64,000 nucleotides of DNA from Pluralibacter sp. GTDB taxonomy: Bacteria > Pseudomonadota > Gammaproteobacteria > Enterobacterales > Enterobacteriaceae. Under the pieces are notes generated by a model. That model was not told where the DNA came from. It saw only the letters and a program-made list of their open reading frames with translations, and ran no database searches. The DNA is taken from NCBI RefSeq assembly GCF_019237635.1, contig NZ_JAFAGS010000020.1, positions 2,197 through 66,196 on the forward strand. Direction: 5' to 3'. The translations under genes and the position numbers were made by a program. Of the stretch, positions 47,860 to 59,486 are shown in pieces; positions within the stretch are counted from its first letter, which is position 1, and each line of letters starts with the position of its first letter.

Positions 47860-48443
47860 ATATACCTCTTTTTTTACATCCCATTTAAACGGGGGGGTCT
47901 GGGCGTGATGCTCATATGAACATCCACCTTATAGTTATTCTTGGAGGGGGAAACGGCAGGTAATGTTCACTATCCTGCCTGTTCAGGCAAGAGGTTTGTA
48001 ATATTCCGTTACACATATCAGGCGCGTTATAATCTTCCGGACATATAAATGTTATTCAGCGTTAAATCTCTCCGTTTCATTTCTTCTGGTTTTTTTCACT
48101 ACTACAGAGGGGAGGTGCAGGGGTGAAGGCGATATGTTCTGCTATTTTGTCATTATGGCAGTCATATGGTCTATTATTCGGAATAATACTGGTGTAATGT
48201 CTGGTTAAAAAATGGTTAACCCTTGTCCCGGCAATGCATTACGACACTTTGGATAACATGTTTGTAACGTTGTGTTATCGAGGTGATCTGTATCACATTT
48301 ATATAGAATTTTTTTCTAATAAAAAAACGATTAACCTGCAATAGCGGTTAAGAGACAGAGGATAACATGTCAGCGCGGTGAAAAGCTGGTCAGATAGCGG
48401 GTGAGACCGCCGCCGGGGAGGGCGGCGATCGAATGTGCTGCGA

Positions 48444-49079
48444 TCAGAGCTCGACCTTCTCTTTGAATTCGCAGAGATCTTCAATCAGGCATGAGCCGCA
48501 GCGCGGTTTCCGGGCGATGCAGGTATAGCGGCCATGCAGAATCAGCCAGTGGTGGCAGTCGACTTTAAATTCCGCCGGAACGACGTTGAGCAGTTTCTCC
48601 TCCACCTGTTCGACGTTCTTGCCAGGGGCGAAGTTGGTACGGTTGCAGACGCGAAAGATGTGGGTGTCGACGGCGATGGTCGGCCAACCAAATGCAGTAT
48701 TCAGTACCACGTTAGCAGTCTTACGCCCAACGCCTGGCAGCGCTTCCAGCGCCGCGCGGTCTTCAGGCACAGTCCCGCCATGCTGTTCCAGCAGGATGCG
48801 GCAGGTTTTGATCACGTTTTCGGCTTTACTGTTAAATAAGCCGATGGTCTTAATATATTCCTTTACGCCGTCAACCCCCAGCTCGAGTATCGCCTGCGGC
48901 GTATTCGCCACCGGATAAAGCTTCGCCGTGGCTTTGTTGACGCTGACGTCTGTTGCCTGCGCGGACAGCAGCACCGCGATCAGCAGCTCGAAAGGGCTGG
49001 TGAAGTTCAGTTCTGTCGTTGGATGCGGGTTGTTATCGCGTAACCGGGTCAGAATTTCGAGCCGCTTCTCTTTATTCAT
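48444..49079 (-). CDS. nth: Endonuclease III (211 aa)
   Basis: [48 protein letters not shown] and the C-terminal 4Fe-4S Cys cluster match recalled E. coli Nth. Confidence 0.97.
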   Translation of the reverse strand: MNKEKRLEILTRLRDNNPHPTTELNFTSPFELLIAVLLSAQATDVSVNKATAKLYPVANTPQAILELGVDGVKEYIKTIGLFNSKAENVIKTCRILLEQHGGTVPEDRAALEALPGVGRKTANVVLNTAFGWPTIAVDTHIFRVCNRTNFAPGKNVEQVEEKLLNVVPAEFKVDCHHWLILHGRYTCIARKPRCGSCLIEDLCEFKEKVEL

Positions 49080-49777
49080 GAGGCCTTCCCTGGGGTGGTG
49101 TTTACGGTAACGTCGACGCTTTGTGGGCGTGCGCTGGCGTGACGCTTCGCGCGTTCGTCTATCAGGTATTTTACGGCGAGCAGCATGCCAAGGCCAATAA
49201 AGGCGCCAGGCGGTAGCATTGCCAGCAGGAACGGCGTGTCGGTGTGGAATACCTCAATACGTAGCACCTTCGCCCAGCTTCCTAACAGGCTGTCCGCGCC
49301 GTCGAAAAGGGTACCGTTGCCGATGATTTCGCGCAGCGACCCGAGGACAAACATCGCACAGGTGGCGCCCATCCCGATGGAAAACCCATCAAGAGCCGAG
49401 AGCGCGGGGCCTTTTTTCGCCGCGAATGCTTCCGCACGGCCGACGACGATGCAGTTGGTCACAATCAGTGGAATAAAGATGCCCAGTGACTGGTACAGGC
49501 CGAAGGCGTAGGCGTTGATCAGCATTTGCACCACGCTCACCACCGAGGCGATGATCATGACGTAAATGGGGATACGGATTTCTGAGGGCGTCCAGCGCCG
49601 CAGCAGGGAAATCGTCAGGTTGGTTAACGTCAGCACCAGCGTCGTGGCAAGCCCAAGCCCAAGGGCGTTGGTCGCCGTTGAGGTCACCGCCAACAGTGGG
49701 CACATTCCCAGCAACTGCACCAGCGACGAGTTATTTTTCCACAACCCCTGGACGATGATGTCTTTAATTTCGCTCAT
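49076..49777 (-). CDS. rsxE: SoxR-reducing / ion-translocating oxidoreductase complex subunit E (233 aa)
   Basis: Polytopic RnfE-type protein. Its stop overlaps the nth start (ATGA). It lies in rsxABCDGE-nth order. Confidence 0.93.
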   Translation of the reverse strand: MSEIKDIIVQGLWKNNSSLVQLLGMCPLLAVTSTATNALGLGLATTLVLTLTNLTISLLRRWTPSEIRIPIYVMIIASVVSVVQMLINAYAFGLYQSLGIFIPLIVTNCIVVGRAEAFAAKKGPALSALDGFSIGMGATCAMFVLGSLREIIGNGTLFDGADSLLGSWAKVLRIEVFHTDTPFLLAMLPPGAFIGLGMLLAVKYLIDERAKRHASARPQSVDVTVNTTPGKAS

Positions 49778-49780
49778 GAT

Positions 49781-50401
49781 TTACTCTTCACAGGGGGACA
49801 GGGTATTGAGTTGAGACGGTAGCGTTTCGGCGAACAGTCCCGCACGTTTAACCGCATTGACCACCGCCCGTGGCGTAATGGTCGCGCCGGTAAACTGGTC
49901 GAAATCACCGCCGTCTTTCTTCACTGCCCAGTGGCGGTCACTCGCGCCGCCAATCACTTTATCGGCAAAATGGGTGATCCAGTCAGAATGGCGCAGTTCA
50001 ATTTTATCGCCAAGTCCTGGCGTCTCATGATGCTCCGTCACCCTGGACCCCAGTACCGTGCCTTTAAAATCCGCGCCGACCAGCAACTGAATATTGCCAG
50101 AATAGCCGTCCGGGGCGGTTGCTTCCATCACTGCGGCAACCGGCGTGCTATCCATTATGGCGATATACACCTTGTGGCTGCCTTTGCCTAAGGCCGGTGC
50201 GTTGAGCACATAGCAGCTTTTCAACAAATTATTATTATACCGATCCTGCGGCAGCACCTGAGAAAACAGCGTCATCTGCTGTTTTTCCGCCTGGACGTCG
50301 ATGGTGCTCTTCGTTAACTGGTTGATGGCGGCGGTCAGCCCGGTGGCGCCAGCGGCAAACAGCGCCAGCGTGACGCCGTGTTTACGTATGGTTTTCAGCA
50401 T
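49781..50401 (-). CDS. rsxG: Rsx/Rnf complex subunit G (206 aa)
   Basis: N-terminal anchor, with the FMN-attachment region (...[14 protein letters not shown]). Length and position match E. coli RsxG. Confidence 0.92.
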   Translation of the reverse strand: MLKTIRKHGVTLALFAAGATGLTAAINQLTKSTIDVQAEKQQMTLFSQVLPQDRYNNNLLKSCYVLNAPALGKGSHKVYIAIMDSTPVAAVMEATAPDGYSGNIQLLVGADFKGTVLGSRVTEHHETPGLGDKIELRHSDWITHFADKVIGGASDRHWAVKKDGGDFDQFTGATITPRAVVNAVKRAGLFAETLPSQLNTLSPCEE

Positions 50402-50409
50402 GATGTTCC

Positions 50410-51462
50410 TCAGCGATGGCCGTATACGCGTGGGCGGGTGTAGTAATCAATCAGCGGCACGGTGATATTGGCCAGCAGGGTGGCGAATGCAACACCATCC
50501 GGATAGCCGCCGAAGCTGCGAATCAGCCAGACCAGCAGGCCCGCCAGCGCGCCGAACATCAGGCGTCCCCGGTTGGTCGTCGAGGCGGTAACGGGGTCCG
50601 TCAGAATAAAGAACGCGCCGATCATGGTGGCGCCGGACAACAGATGAATCTGCGGGGACGCCATGCTTTCAGGGGACGCTATCCAGCCGAGCGTACTGCA
50701 TATTGCCAGGCTCAGCAGAAAACTGGTCGGGATATGCCAGCGAATGGCGCCTTTCCACATCAGGAAGAGTCCGCCGACAAGCCAGGCAATATTAACCCAC
50801 TGCCAGCCCACGCCCGCCAGGGCGCCGCGGTAAATGGAAAACTGGAGAATGTCGTTAACGCGATGGCCCGCATGTAGCGAGGTTTTGAAGGTATCCAGCG
50901 GTGTGGCCTGGCTAATACCGTCAATGCCCATTTGCAGCGAGTTGATATCTGCGCCCGCAGAGGTATGACCAAAAAGGATAATTTGCGCGCTATCCCACAG
51001 GCCGGGCGTAGCGGCGGCAATGTCATGCGGCGGCAGCCAGGAGGTCATTTGCACCGGGAACGAAATCAGCAGCACCACGTAGCCGATCATGGCCGGGTTG
51101 AAGGGATTATGGCCCAGACCGCCATACAGCTGTTTGGCGATAATGACGGCAAAGGCGGTGCCGAGCACGATCATCCACCACGGCGCCGACGGCGGAATAC
51201 TGACCGCCAGCAGCAGGCCGGTCAACAGGGCGGAATTATCACTCAGGGTCTGACCGATGCGCTGTTTACGCAGACGGAGCACCAGGGCTTCAGCCGCCCA
51301 GGCAGTGGCCGCTGCAAGGATAAGCTGCAGCAGAGTACCCCAACCGAAAAACCAGGTTTGCACGGCAATACCCGGCACGGTGGCCAGGATAACCAACATC
51401 ATAATACGCGATGTCTGACGATGGTTATGGGTGTATGGGGAGCTTGCGATTTTAAAAACCAT
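50410..51462 (-). CDS. rsxD: Rsx/Rnf complex subunit D (350 aa)
   Basis: [21 protein letters not shown] matches the recalled E. coli RsxD N-terminus. Confidence 0.93.
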   Translation of the reverse strand: MVFKIASSPYTHNHRQTSRIMMLVILATVPGIAVQTWFFGWGTLLQLILAAATAWAAEALVLRLRKQRIGQTLSDNSALLTGLLLAVSIPPSAPWWMIVLGTAFAVIIAKQLYGGLGHNPFNPAMIGYVVLLISFPVQMTSWLPPHDIAAATPGLWDSAQIILFGHTSAGADINSLQMGIDGISQATPLDTFKTSLHAGHRVNDILQFSIYRGALAGVGWQWVNIAWLVGGLFLMWKGAIRWHIPTSFLLSLAICSTLGWIASPESMASPQIHLLSGATMIGAFFILTDPVTASTTNRGRLMFGALAGLLVWLIRSFGGYPDGVAFATLLANITVPLIDYYTRPRVYGHR

Positions 51463-53409
51463 TTATTCCTCGTTGACGGCCTTTTGCGCGGCCTTCTTTG
51501 CCTGGACGCGGGCTATCGCCGCAGCGACTGCGGCTTTGCGCGGATCGTCATTGACGGCAGCCGCTTCTTGTTGTTGTTCTGCTTTGCGTGCCTTCGCGCG
51601 GGCAATCGCGGCCTCAATGGCCGCTTTACGCGGATCGGCTGGCGTAACTTCAGTCGCCGGAGCGGGCTCCTGCGCGGCTTTACGCGCTTTGGCTCGCGCA
51701 ATGGCGGCTTCGACGGCCGCTTTGCGCGGGTCTGCGTGTTGTGCTGCAGGTTCTGCCGCTTCGACCGTTCCAGCAGGCTGGGTTTTGCTTTCCTGATTCG
51801 CTCGCGCCAGCGCTTTGCGCGCCTCGCGGGCGGCGATAACCGCGCTGTTATCCGGCTTTTCCCCGGCCAGAACAACAATAGGCTGCGCCGCGTGCTGTTT
51901 TTTCTCTCGGATGCGGGTAAGCGCCGCGTTAATGGCGTCCTGATCCTGCGCTGCGGGCTGTACGGCCGCTTGCTTATGGCGCTCAAGACGGGCGGCTTTC
52001 TCGCGTTCAAGTCTTGCCTGGCGGGCTTCGAAGCGCGCTTTGGCTTCTGCGGCGCGCTGCTCTTCCTGACGGATAGCGGCAATTTCGGCCTTTTCCTGAC
52101 GAAAGTACTGCACCAGCGGGATATTGCTTGGGCAAACCCAGGCGCAGGCGCCGCACTCAATGCAATCTGACAGGTTATGCGTCTGCGCTTTATCGTGCTG
52201 TTGGCCTTTACTGAACCAGTAAAGCTGTTGCGGCAGTAAGTCTGCCGGGCAGGCATCCGCGCAGGCGCTACAGCGGATACAGCCTTTTTCTTCCTGCTGC
52301 TTGCCCATTTCCGACGGCGACGGCGCCAGCAGGCAGTTGGTTATTTTCACCACCGGTACGTCCAGCCAGGGCAGGGTAAAGCCCATGAGCGGCCCCCCCA
52401 TAATGACCAGTTGTTCTGCCGACGGGCAAAATCCGGCGTCGGCGAGCAGATGTTGCACCGGCGTCCCCAGCCGTGCCCAGACGTTGCCTGGACGTCCGAC
52501 CGATTCACCGGTCAGGGTGACCACACGCTCCGTCAGCGGCTCGCCGTCGATGATCGCGCGTTTTACGGCAAACGCCGTACCGACGTTTTGCATCAGTACG
52601 CCAATATCGGAAGAGCGTCCACCGTGCGGTACCTGCTTGCCGGTGAGAATTTGTGTCAGTTGCTTTGCACCGCCGGAGGGATATTTGGTGGGGATTACCC
52701 TGAGGTTGATGCCATGGGCATCGGCCAGTACAGCGCGCATCATGGAGATGGCCTGCGGCTTATTATCTTCAATGCCGATCAGCACCTGCTTAGGCTGCAG
52801 AATGTGCGCAAGGATGCGGACCCCTTCCACGATCTGCGCCGCGCAGTCCTGCATCAGGCGATCGTCGGCGGTGATATAGGGTTCGCACTCGGCGGCATTA
52901 ATAATGAGGGTTTCTATCTTATTGCCGCCGCCCCGCAGCTTGGCGCCAGTCGGAAAGCCTGCGCCGCCGAGACCGGCCACGCCGAACTGATGAATTCGCT
53001 CGATAAGCGCATCGCGCGTTTTATTCTGCCAGTCGCTCCAGCCGTCGCGCTCAAACCACGTGTCGTGACCATCGGCTTCAATAATGACGCTGAGCTCTTC
53101 CAGCGCGGACGGATGCGCGGTGGAGTGGGGAGCAATAGCGATGACGACGCCAGAGGTCGGCGCGTGAACCGGCAGCATACGCCCCCAGCCGCGGGTCAGC
53201 GGCTGACCGCGCAGAACGCTGTCGCCAACGCTGACGCACAGCTCACCTTCAGCGCCACTGTGTTGCTTTAACGGAATGACGTAGCGCTGCGCCAGCGGGA
53301 CCTGGCGTAACGGCGTGCCATTTGACTGGGTTTTCATTTCAGGTGGATGGATCCCGCCATCAAAGTCCCAGATTTTGTCCTTTTTAAACGCAGAAAATAA
53401 CTTAAGCAT
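51463..53409 (-). CDS. rsxC: Rsx/Rnf complex subunit C (648 aa)
   Basis: ATG at 53409 gives [39 protein letters not shown], as in E. coli RsxC, and overlaps the rsxB stop (ATGCTTAA). The upstream 92 codons of the 740-aa ORF lie inside rsxB and I rejected them. Two 4Fe-4S Cys motifs are present. Confidence 0.92.
   Translation of the reverse strand: MLKLFSAFKKDKIWDFDGGIHPPEMKTQSNGTPLRQVPLAQRYVIPLKQHSGAEGELCVSVGDSVLRGQPLTRGWGRMLPVHAPTSGVVIAIAPHSTAHPSALEELSVIIEADGHDTWFERDGWSDWQNKTRDALIERIHQFGVAGLGGAGFPTGAKLRGGGNKIETLIINAAECEPYITADDRLMQDCAAQIVEGVRILAHILQPKQVLIGIEDNKPQAISMMRAVLADAHGINLRVIPTKYPSGGAKQLTQILTGKQVPHGGRSSDIGVLMQNVGTAFAVKRAIIDGEPLTERVVTLTGESVGRPGNVWARLGTPVQHLLADAGFCPSAEQLVIMGGPLMGFTLPWLDVPVVKITNCLLAPSPSEMGKQQEEKGCIRCSACADACPADLLPQQLYWFSKGQQHDKAQTHNLSDCIECGACAWVCPSNIPLVQYFRQEKAEIAAIRQEEQRAAEAKARFEARQARLEREKAARLERHKQAAVQPAAQDQDAINAALTRIREKKQHAAQPIVVLAGEKPDNSAVIAAREARKALARANQESKTQPAGTVEAAEPAAQHADPRKAAVEAAIARAKARKAAQEPAPATEVTPADPRKAAIEAAIARAKARKAEQQQEAAAVNDDPRKAAVAAAIARVQAKKAAQKAVNEE
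51490..51740 (-). repeat. In-frame tandem repeats in the rsxC 3' region
   Basis: Three imperfect copies encode DPRKAA(V/I)(E/A)AAIAR(A/V)(K/Q)A(R/K)KA, spaced by about 29-33 codons. The corresponding DNA motif GC.GCTTT(G/A)CGCGG(A/G)TC recurs on the plus strand. Confidence 0.8.
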
Positions 53410-53980
53410 GATGTTCCACAGGAATAATACGGACCGGAATGGTTTGCAGGTCCCATTTCCAGGTCTCCGTTGTGGTCTTGACCGGTTGCAGAGTGATGCA
53501 CTGTGTGGGACATGGCGCAACGCAAAGATTGCAGCCGGTACACAGATCGCTGATGACGGTATGCATCGCGCGCGTCGCGCCGACGATGGCATCGACCGGG
53601 CAGGCCTGGATGCACTTTGTGCAGCCAATACAGTTAGGCTCGTCGATAACCGCCAGTACGCGCACAGGTTCCTGACTTGCCTCATCGCCGTCGGCGGGTT
53701 GAGGATCGACGTTCAGCAGTTCCGCAATTTTCAGCATCACCGCCTCGCCGCCGGGGGCGCAGCGATTAATCTTCTCGCCCTGGCAGCCAACGGCTTCCGC
53801 GTACGGACGGCAGCCCGGGTATCCGCACTGCCCACATTGGCTTTGCGGCAACAACTCATCAATTTTTTCGACGACCGGATCGTCCTCGACGGCAAATCGG
53901 CGCGAGGCATACCCGAGAATGCCGCCAAACAGCAGGCCGAGAAGGCTAAGGGCGATAATCGCTATCCACACTGCGTTCAT
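53402..53980 (-). CDS. rsxB: Rsx/Rnf complex subunit B, Fe-S protein (192 aa)
   Basis: N-terminal anchor plus multiple CxxCxxCxxxCP ferredoxin motifs. Length matches E. coli RsxB. Confidence 0.93.
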   Translation of the reverse strand: MNAVWIAIIALSLLGLLFGGILGYASRRFAVEDDPVVEKIDELLPQSQCGQCGYPGCRPYAEAVGCQGEKINRCAPGGEAVMLKIAELLNVDPQPADGDEASQEPVRVLAVIDEPNCIGCTKCIQACPVDAIVGATRAMHTVISDLCTGCNLCVAPCPTQCITLQPVKTTTETWKWDLQTIPVRIIPVEHHA

Positions 53981-54561
53981 TACAATTTCACCAGACCGCT
54001 AAAGCCCATAAAGGCCAGAGACATCAGACCGGCGGTAATCAGCGCAATCGCATTACCGCGAAACGGCGCAGGAACATCGGCGACAACCAGGCGTTCGCGA
54101 ATGGCGGCAAACAGCACCATCACCAGGGAGAAACCGACTGCCGCCGAGAAACCATACAGGGCCGATTGCATGAAATTGTGGCCAAGGTTGATGTTCAGCA
54201 GGGCAACGCCAAGTACCGCACAGTTGGTGGTGATAAGCGGCAGGAAAATACCCAACAGGCGATACAGCGCCGGGCTGGTTTTACGCACCACCATTTCAGT
54301 AAATTGCACCACGACGGCAATCACCAGAATAAAGGCCATTGTGCGCAGATAGACAAGGTTGAGCGGGATCAGGATCCAGGTGTCAATCAGCCAGGCGCAG
54401 ATAGACGCCAGCGTCATCACAAAGGTGGTGGCCAGTCCCATTCCCATGGCAGTTTCCAGCTTTTTGGAAACACCCATAAACGGGCACAGTCCAAGAAACT
54501 TCACTAATACGAAGTTATTGACCAGGACAGTACCGATAAAGAGCAGTAAGTAATCAGTCAT
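53980..54561 (-). CDS. rsxA: Rsx/Rnf complex subunit A (193 aa)
   Basis: ATG at 54561 gives [66 protein letters not shown], identical to recalled E. coli RsxA. Confidence 0.95.
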   Translation of the reverse strand: MTDYLLLFIGTVLVNNFVLVKFLGLCPFMGVSKKLETAMGMGLATTFVMTLASICAWLIDTWILIPLNLVYLRTMAFILVIAVVVQFTEMVVRKTSPALYRLLGIFLPLITTNCAVLGVALLNINLGHNFMQSALYGFSAAVGFSLVMVLFAAIRERLVVADVPAPFRGNAIALITAGLMSLAFMGFSGLVKL

Positions 54562-54641
54562 TATTCGACCTGAAACCAAAAAAAAGCCGCCTATTATCGG
54601 TCAAACCACAAAAGGCGACAACAGATTATCTGTGGGGTTAT

Positions 54642-55082
54642 TTACGGGTTAACGAAGGTGCGCTTTACGCGCGCCGAGCGTCTAAAATAGGGTGCCAGCA
54701 AGGCGGCAGCCAGCAGAGGAAACAGCAACTGGCGCAGCGCAAGTGCGTCGGAAACCGGAGAAAACGCAAAAGCTTTGACCGCTAACAGCACTGAAATCAG
54801 CAGCCAGATAATGTAGTGCTTCGGCACCAGCGCACGGCGCTTGAAAAAAGCGATAGTTAACCAGAACGTATAATACCACATTGCCGCGGCGAATAAGAAC
54901 GAGAGCCCCCAGAGGATCATATTTCCCTGGCTTAATGCGCGTATCGCGGGCAGTGTCTGGGGAGAGATAAGCGCGCCGGCGTATAAGAAGACAGCCAGCG
55001 TTGCGCTGAGCAGCGCGACCAGTAGCCAGGCCAGTGGGGCGATCAGCCACCCGCCGATACGTTCTGCAGAATTTTCGGACAT
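54642..55082 (-). CDS. ydgK: DUF2569 inner-membrane protein YdgK (146 aa)
   Basis: Four TM segments, with the same length and position (between cnu and rsxA) as E. coli YdgK. The motif ...RIGGWL..PLAWLLVALLS is present. Confidence 0.85.
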   Translation of the reverse strand: MSENSAERIGGWLIAPLAWLLVALLSATLAVFLYAGALISPQTLPAIRALSQGNMILWGLSFLFAAAMWYYTFWLTIAFFKRRALVPKHYIIWLLISVLLAVKAFAFSPVSDALALRQLLFPLLAAALLAPYFRRSARVKRTFVNP

Positions 55083-55163
55083 GACTTCTCCTGAAAATGG
55101 GCGCCAGTCAATGCGTTAAAAATGGAGGAGAAGTATAAGCAACTGACGCCCGGGATAACAGCC

Positions 55164-55379
55164 TTATTGCACGTAATGCCAAACGGATTTTGGTACCCGG
55201 CCCACGTCATACAGGCGACCGCCGGAGACGAGTTCGGCGCGGCGATGATCCGCAGCACGGTACATATTGACAATCTCGTCGGTGTTAGTCAGCGAGTAGT
55301 TAAGATGATCAAACAGTTTTTCCAGACTTTCAAGAGAGCTGATTTTACGGAATTTGAGTAAATAATCCTGAACGGTCAT
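55164..55379 (-). CDS. cnu: Hha-family H-NS-binding modulator Cnu (YdgT) (71 aa)
   Basis: [29 protein letters not shown]...[30 protein letters not shown] matches recalled E. coli Cnu. Confidence 0.95.
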   Translation of the reverse strand: MTVQDYLLKFRKISSLESLEKLFDHLNYSLTNTDEIVNMYRAADHRRAELVSGGRLYDVGRVPKSVWHYVQ

Positions 55380-55680
55380 GTTAGTGCGTATCCATTTTAT
55401 AATGTGATTTCTGAAGCCGAATATCCCCCTGATAAAAGCAATTCAGGGTGGCAGTTTCGGGAATGGAAAAGTTTTGGGTACCCGTGAATTATTTCGGGTA
55501 TAAAAACCAAATACAACAACGGAAAAGCTTTCCGTTAACATAAAATCCAAAATAGGAGTTTTCTAATACGAATACGAAAGTCAGGCGCCAGTCAATGCCT
55601 GGGGAAGAAGGGTAACGCTGTTCTCCATGGCTGGCAATGGTGAATTGATACCAAAAAAATATTTTGCGGCTGAGGTCAGA

Positions 55681-55712
55681 CAGGCCTCACCGACTGAAGC
55701 CGGTGAGGCCTG
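55681..55712. other. Strong 12-bp-stem hairpin downstream of the blr-like gene (possible terminator)
   Basis: CAGGCCTCACCG-actgaagc-CGGTGAGGCCTG. On the minus strand the nearest T-tract is about 20 nt further on, so it is not a canonical intrinsic terminator. Confidence 0.4.
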
Positions 55713-55728
55713 GGGGCCAGTATCATCG

Positions 55729-55878
55729 TTAAGATGTGTGGGGGCCTTTTTGTACGGCTGCCGTGGGTTCGGGAGGTTGGTAATTATCAATATGGTGCGC
55801 CACGATCAGTAAAAGCAAGGAAACACCAAGAACCACCCAACCTACCAGTTCGACAATCCGGGTCAATACGAGAGCCAT
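55729..55878 (-). CDS. blr: Small single-TM membrane protein, Blr-like (49 aa)
   Basis: The translation is MALVLTRIVELVGWVVLGVSLLLLIVAHHIDNYQPPEPTAAVQKGPHTS. The core (ELxGW.VL.VS..LL.VA.HIDNYQPPE) resembles recalled E. coli Blr (41 aa), and it occupies the same cnu-ydgJ interval. It is too short for the ORF track. Confidence 0.7.
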   Translation of the reverse strand: MALVLTRIVELVGWVVLGVSLLLLIVAHHIDNYQPPEPTAAVQKGPHTS

Positions 55879-56067
55879 AGTTTAAAAATAAAGTAAAAAT
55901 AAACAGGGACTAAATGTTACCAGGCACCTGGCGTAACGCAAGTGTTGATTGCATGGTTTCCGCATTATTGTTGCGGAAAAGGCGTCAGTCGTCCTCCCCG
56001 GGGCATATACTGTCCCTAAACGGCTGTAAATGTGCCTTTAACGCTTACCCCGAGGAGAGGTTGCACT

Positions 56068-57111
56068 ATGAGTGACACGATCCGCGTTGGATTAATCGGC
56101 TACGGTTATGCCAGTAAGACGTTCCATGCTCCGCTTATCAGCGGAACGCCGGGCATGACGCTGGCGGCGGTTTTCAGCAGTGATGAGACCAAAGTAAAAG
56201 CAGACTGGCCGACCGTGAAGGTGGTCTCTGATCCCAGAAACCTGTTCAACGACCCTGATATCGACCTTATCGTCATTCCAACACCCAATGATACGCACTA
56301 TCCGCTAGCGAAAGCGGCGCTGGAGGCCGGGAAGCATGTCGTGGTCGACAAACCGTTTACCGTGACACTGTCACAGGCAAGGGAACTTGATAGCCTGGCG
56401 CACAGCGTTGGACGGTTGTTGTCGGTGTTTCATAACCGCCGTTGGGACAGCGATTTTCTGACTATCAAGGCGCTCATTGCTGAAGGGGCGCTGGGCGAAA
56501 TCACCTGGTTTGAATCCCATTTTGACCGTTACCGCCCGCAGGTACGAAACCGCTGGCGAGAACAGGGCGGTCCAGGCAGCGGCATCTGGTACGATTTAGG
56601 TCCGCACCTGCTCGATCAGGCCATTTCGCTGTTCGGCCTGCCGGTCAGTCTGACGGTGGACCTGGCGCAATTGCGGCCCGGGGCGCAGTCCACGGATTAT
56701 TTCCATGCGGTGCTGGCCTATCCGCAACGTCGCGTCGTGCTGCATGCCACACTGCTTGCCGCCGCAGAGACCGCGCGCTACATCGTGCATGGTTCCCGGG
56801 CGAGTTACGTAAAATATGGCCTCGATCCGCAGGAGGATCGGTTGAAAAGCGGTGAGCGTCCACCGCTGGAGGATTGGGGTTACGACATGCGCGACGGGGT
56901 GGTTACCCGCGTAGAGGGCGAAGATCGCGTCGAGGAGACATGGCTTACGGTGCCGGGAAATTATCCGGCCTATTATGCCGGGATCCGCGATGCGCTAAAC
57001 GGTAACGCCGAGAACCCGGTACCGGCCAGCCAGGCGATTCAGATAATGGAGCTGATTGAGCTGGGCATCGAATCGGCGAAACGCCGCGCCACGCTGTGTC
57101 TTACCCGCTAA
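56068..57111 (+). CDS. ydgJ: Gfo/Idh/MocA-family oxidoreductase YdgJ (347 aa)
   Basis: ATG at 56068 with RBS gaggagagg gives MSDTIRVGLIGYGYASKTFHAPLI.GTPG, the recalled E. coli YdgJ N-terminus. Confidence 0.93.
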   Translation: MSDTIRVGLIGYGYASKTFHAPLISGTPGMTLAAVFSSDETKVKADWPTVKVVSDPRNLFNDPDIDLIVIPTPNDTHYPLAKAALEAGKHVVVDKPFTVTLSQARELDSLAHSVGRLLSVFHNRRWDSDFLTIKALIAEGALGEITWFESHFDRYRPQVRNRWREQGGPGSGIWYDLGPHLLDQAISLFGLPVSLTVDLAQLRPGAQSTDYFHAVLAYPQRRVVLHATLLAAAETARYIVHGSRASYVKYGLDPQEDRLKSGERPPLEDWGYDMRDGVVTRVEGEDRVEETWLTVPGNYPAYYAGIRDALNGNAENPVPASQAIQIMELIELGIESAKRRATLCLTR

Positions 57112-57113
57112 AA

Positions 57114-57138
57114 CAAGCCGCTCATTGTGAGCGGCTTG
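57114..57138. terminator. Hairpin between convergent ydgJ and add
   Basis: Stem CAAGCCGCTCA-ttg-TGAGCGGCTTG. No clear T-tract is present. Confidence 0.45.
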
Positions 57139-57145
57139 CTCATGA

Positions 57146-58147
57146 TTACGCTTTTTGCACCCTGGCAATCAGCGCCTGTTTCTCCTGCGGCGTCAGGAAG
57201 GCAATCTCCAGACCATTGATCTGCGCCTGGCGGATCTGCTCGCGGGATAATCCTGCGGCAGGGGCCGCCACGGTGTATTCGTGAATAATATCGATGCCCT
57301 GAACGGCCGGATCGTCGGTATTGATACTTGCCAGCACGCCGTGCTCAAGGAACGTTTTCAGCGGATGCTGCGCCAGAGTGGCGACGGTGCTGGTCTGAAT
57401 GTTGGAGGTGAGACAGGATTCGATACCGATGCGCTGTTCGGCCAGGAAATCCATGAGCGCGCGATCTTCAACCGCTTTCACGCCGTGGCCGATACGCTCG
57501 GCGCCGAGTTCGCGAATTGCCTGCCAGATGCTTTCCGGACCCGCCGCTTCACCGGCATGGACCGTAATATGCCAGCCAGCATCGCGCGCGCGGTTAAAAT
57601 GGTTGAGGAACAGGCTGCCGGGGAAGCCGAGCTCATCACCGGCGAGATCCAGCGCGGTGATGCCGTCGCGGTGAGCGAGCAGCGCTTCCAGTTCCTGGGT
57701 GCATGCCGCTTCGCCGAAGGTGCGGCTCATAATGCCGATAAGGCGCGCTTCAACACCGAATTCGCGGCAACCTTCACGAACGCCCGCGATCACCGCTTCA
57801 ACCACGCCCGCGACCGGTAGCTGGTGAGTCATCGCCATATAGCCCGGAGAAAAGCGCAGTTCGACATAGTGCAGACCGTTGCGCGCGGCATCTTCAATGT
57901 TTTCGCGGGCGACGCGACGGCAGGCCTCGAGCGAAGCCAGCACCTTCACGCCCCAATCCAGTTTGCTGAGGAAGCTGACCAGGTCCGGCTCATTACTGGT
58001 GACCTGCACATGCGGCAGCAGGGCGTCCAGCGTCGAGGCGGGCAGCGCGATATTATGCTGGCGGCCAAGATCAAGGATCGTTTGTGCGCGGATGTTGCCA
58101 TCAAGGTGGCGGTGAATGTCAGTTAAAGGCAGGTTGGTATCAATCAT
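57146..58147 (-). CDS. add: Adenosine deaminase (333 aa)
   Basis: ATG at 58147 gives [27 protein letters not shown], matching recalled E. coli Add at 333 aa. Confidence 0.95.
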   Translation of the reverse strand: MIDTNLPLTDIHRHLDGNIRAQTILDLGRQHNIALPASTLDALLPHVQVTSNEPDLVSFLSKLDWGVKVLASLEACRRVARENIEDAARNGLHYVELRFSPGYMAMTHQLPVAGVVEAVIAGVREGCREFGVEARLIGIMSRTFGEAACTQELEALLAHRDGITALDLAGDELGFPGSLFLNHFNRARDAGWHITVHAGEAAGPESIWQAIRELGAERIGHGVKAVEDRALMDFLAEQRIGIESCLTSNIQTSTVATLAQHPLKTFLEHGVLASINTDDPAVQGIDIIHEYTVAAPAAGLSREQIRQAQINGLEIAFLTPQEKQALIARVQKA

Positions 58148-58245
58148 GGTCGCACTCTGAATTATTGTTAAAGTGCGGCCTATTATAAAAATAAAACGGG
58201 GTAAAAAGCTATTGCGCAACCTAAATTGGCGTTGCGCAATGGATA

Positions 58246-59418
58246 TTAGCGCAGGGCGTGAATGGCGTTTATCAACCCCTGTACGCCGCGCTCCAGTTTG
58301 CTTCGCGGGCAGCCGGCGTTGAGGCGAATAAAACCGTTACCCTCGTCACCATAGGTATATCCCGGCATGATGGCGACTTTTTGCTGCTCAATCAGCACTT
58401 TTTGCAGCAGACGGTCGTCAATGTTTAGCGGGCGAAGATCGATCCAGGCAAGGTAGGTCGACTGCGGCGGCTGCCAGTACAATTCAGGGAAAGCGTGGTT
58501 TAGCGCTGTGGCGATGTAGCGCATATTTTCCTGTAGATAATCGCGCAGGGCGTCCAGCCAGGGTTCTCCCTGCTGATAGGCGGCGATATGGGCGACCAGC
58601 GCGGGGACCGACGGGGACGACAGACCGTCGCGGCCTTTCAGCGCGTTAAGATAGTCGTTGCGCGCATCCGCATTGCCAATCAGTCCGTAAGCGCCGGTCA
58701 GCGCCGGAATATTGAAGCTTTTCGAACCGGAGGTGAACAGCGCCCAGTCGCCGCGTGCGACGTCGCACCACGGCGTATGCCGGTGCTCGCCCCAGACCAT
58801 ATCCATATGGATCTCGTCGCTGATGACCCTGACGCCGTGCTTGTCGCACAGCGACGCCATGGTGTTGAGTTCATCGCGGGTCCACACTTTCCCGGTCGGG
58901 TTATGCGGGCTGCACAGCAGCAGAACGGTGTTTCGCGATTCGGCCAGCACGCTTTCCAGCGCGTTCATGTCGCACATCCAGCCCTCCGCCGTCTGGTGCA
59001 GGGGGACGGCGGCGACCTGCCGCTGGTTGCCTTCAATGGCTTTGAAGAAGGCGTCATAGGCTGGCGTATGCACCACAATGCCGTCGCCGGGTTCAGACCA
59101 CTGGCGGATCATTTCCGATACCATGTAGATAACCGACGGGCCGTACACCATGCTCTCAGCGTCAATCACGCTGTTAAAACGGCGGTTGAACCAGTAGCGG
59201 ATAGCGCCGAGAAATTCATCGTTCTTCCAGCGGCTGTAGCCGAAAACGCCGTGCGAGAGGCGTTGGGTTAGCGCGTCGAGTACGCACGGCGCGGTAGCAA
59301 AATCCATATCGGAGATGGTGAAGGGCAGCAGATCCGGTGCGCCAAAACGATCCGCAACATAATCCCATTGCGTACACCAGGTGCCGTGGCGGTCAACGAC
59401 CGTCGAAAAGTCAAACAT
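58246..59418 (-). CDS. malY: PLP-dependent cystathionine beta-lyase / maltose-regulon modulator MalY (390 aa)
   Basis: ATG at 59418 gives [42 protein letters not shown], matching recalled E. coli MalY at 390 aa. Confidence 0.95.
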   Translation of the reverse strand: MFDFSTVVDRHGTWCTQWDYVADRFGAPDLLPFTISDMDFATAPCVLDALTQRLSHGVFGYSRWKNDEFLGAIRYWFNRRFNSVIDAESMVYGPSVIYMVSEMIRQWSEPGDGIVVHTPAYDAFFKAIEGNQRQVAAVPLHQTAEGWMCDMNALESVLAESRNTVLLLCSPHNPTGKVWTRDELNTMASLCDKHGVRVISDEIHMDMVWGEHRHTPWCDVARGDWALFTSGSKSFNIPALTGAYGLIGNADARNDYLNALKGRDGLSSPSVPALVAHIAAYQQGEPWLDALRDYLQENMRYIATALNHAFPELYWQPPQSTYLAWIDLRPLNIDDRLLQKVLIEQQKVAIMPGYTYGDEGNGFIRLNAGCPRSKLERGVQGLINAIHALR

Positions 59419-59486
59419 GGCAGCGTCCTTATCAGAAAACGAGAAGATCCATTTTCCCCCTTCAGGATGAAGGGGGAAAGCGAGCA

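Noticed and set aside
50932-54352. 412-aa, 286-aa and 345-aa plus-strand ORFs opposite rsxD, rsxC, rsxB and rsxA
   Set aside because: These are antisense to the conserved rsx operon and have Arg/Gly-rich low-complexity translations.
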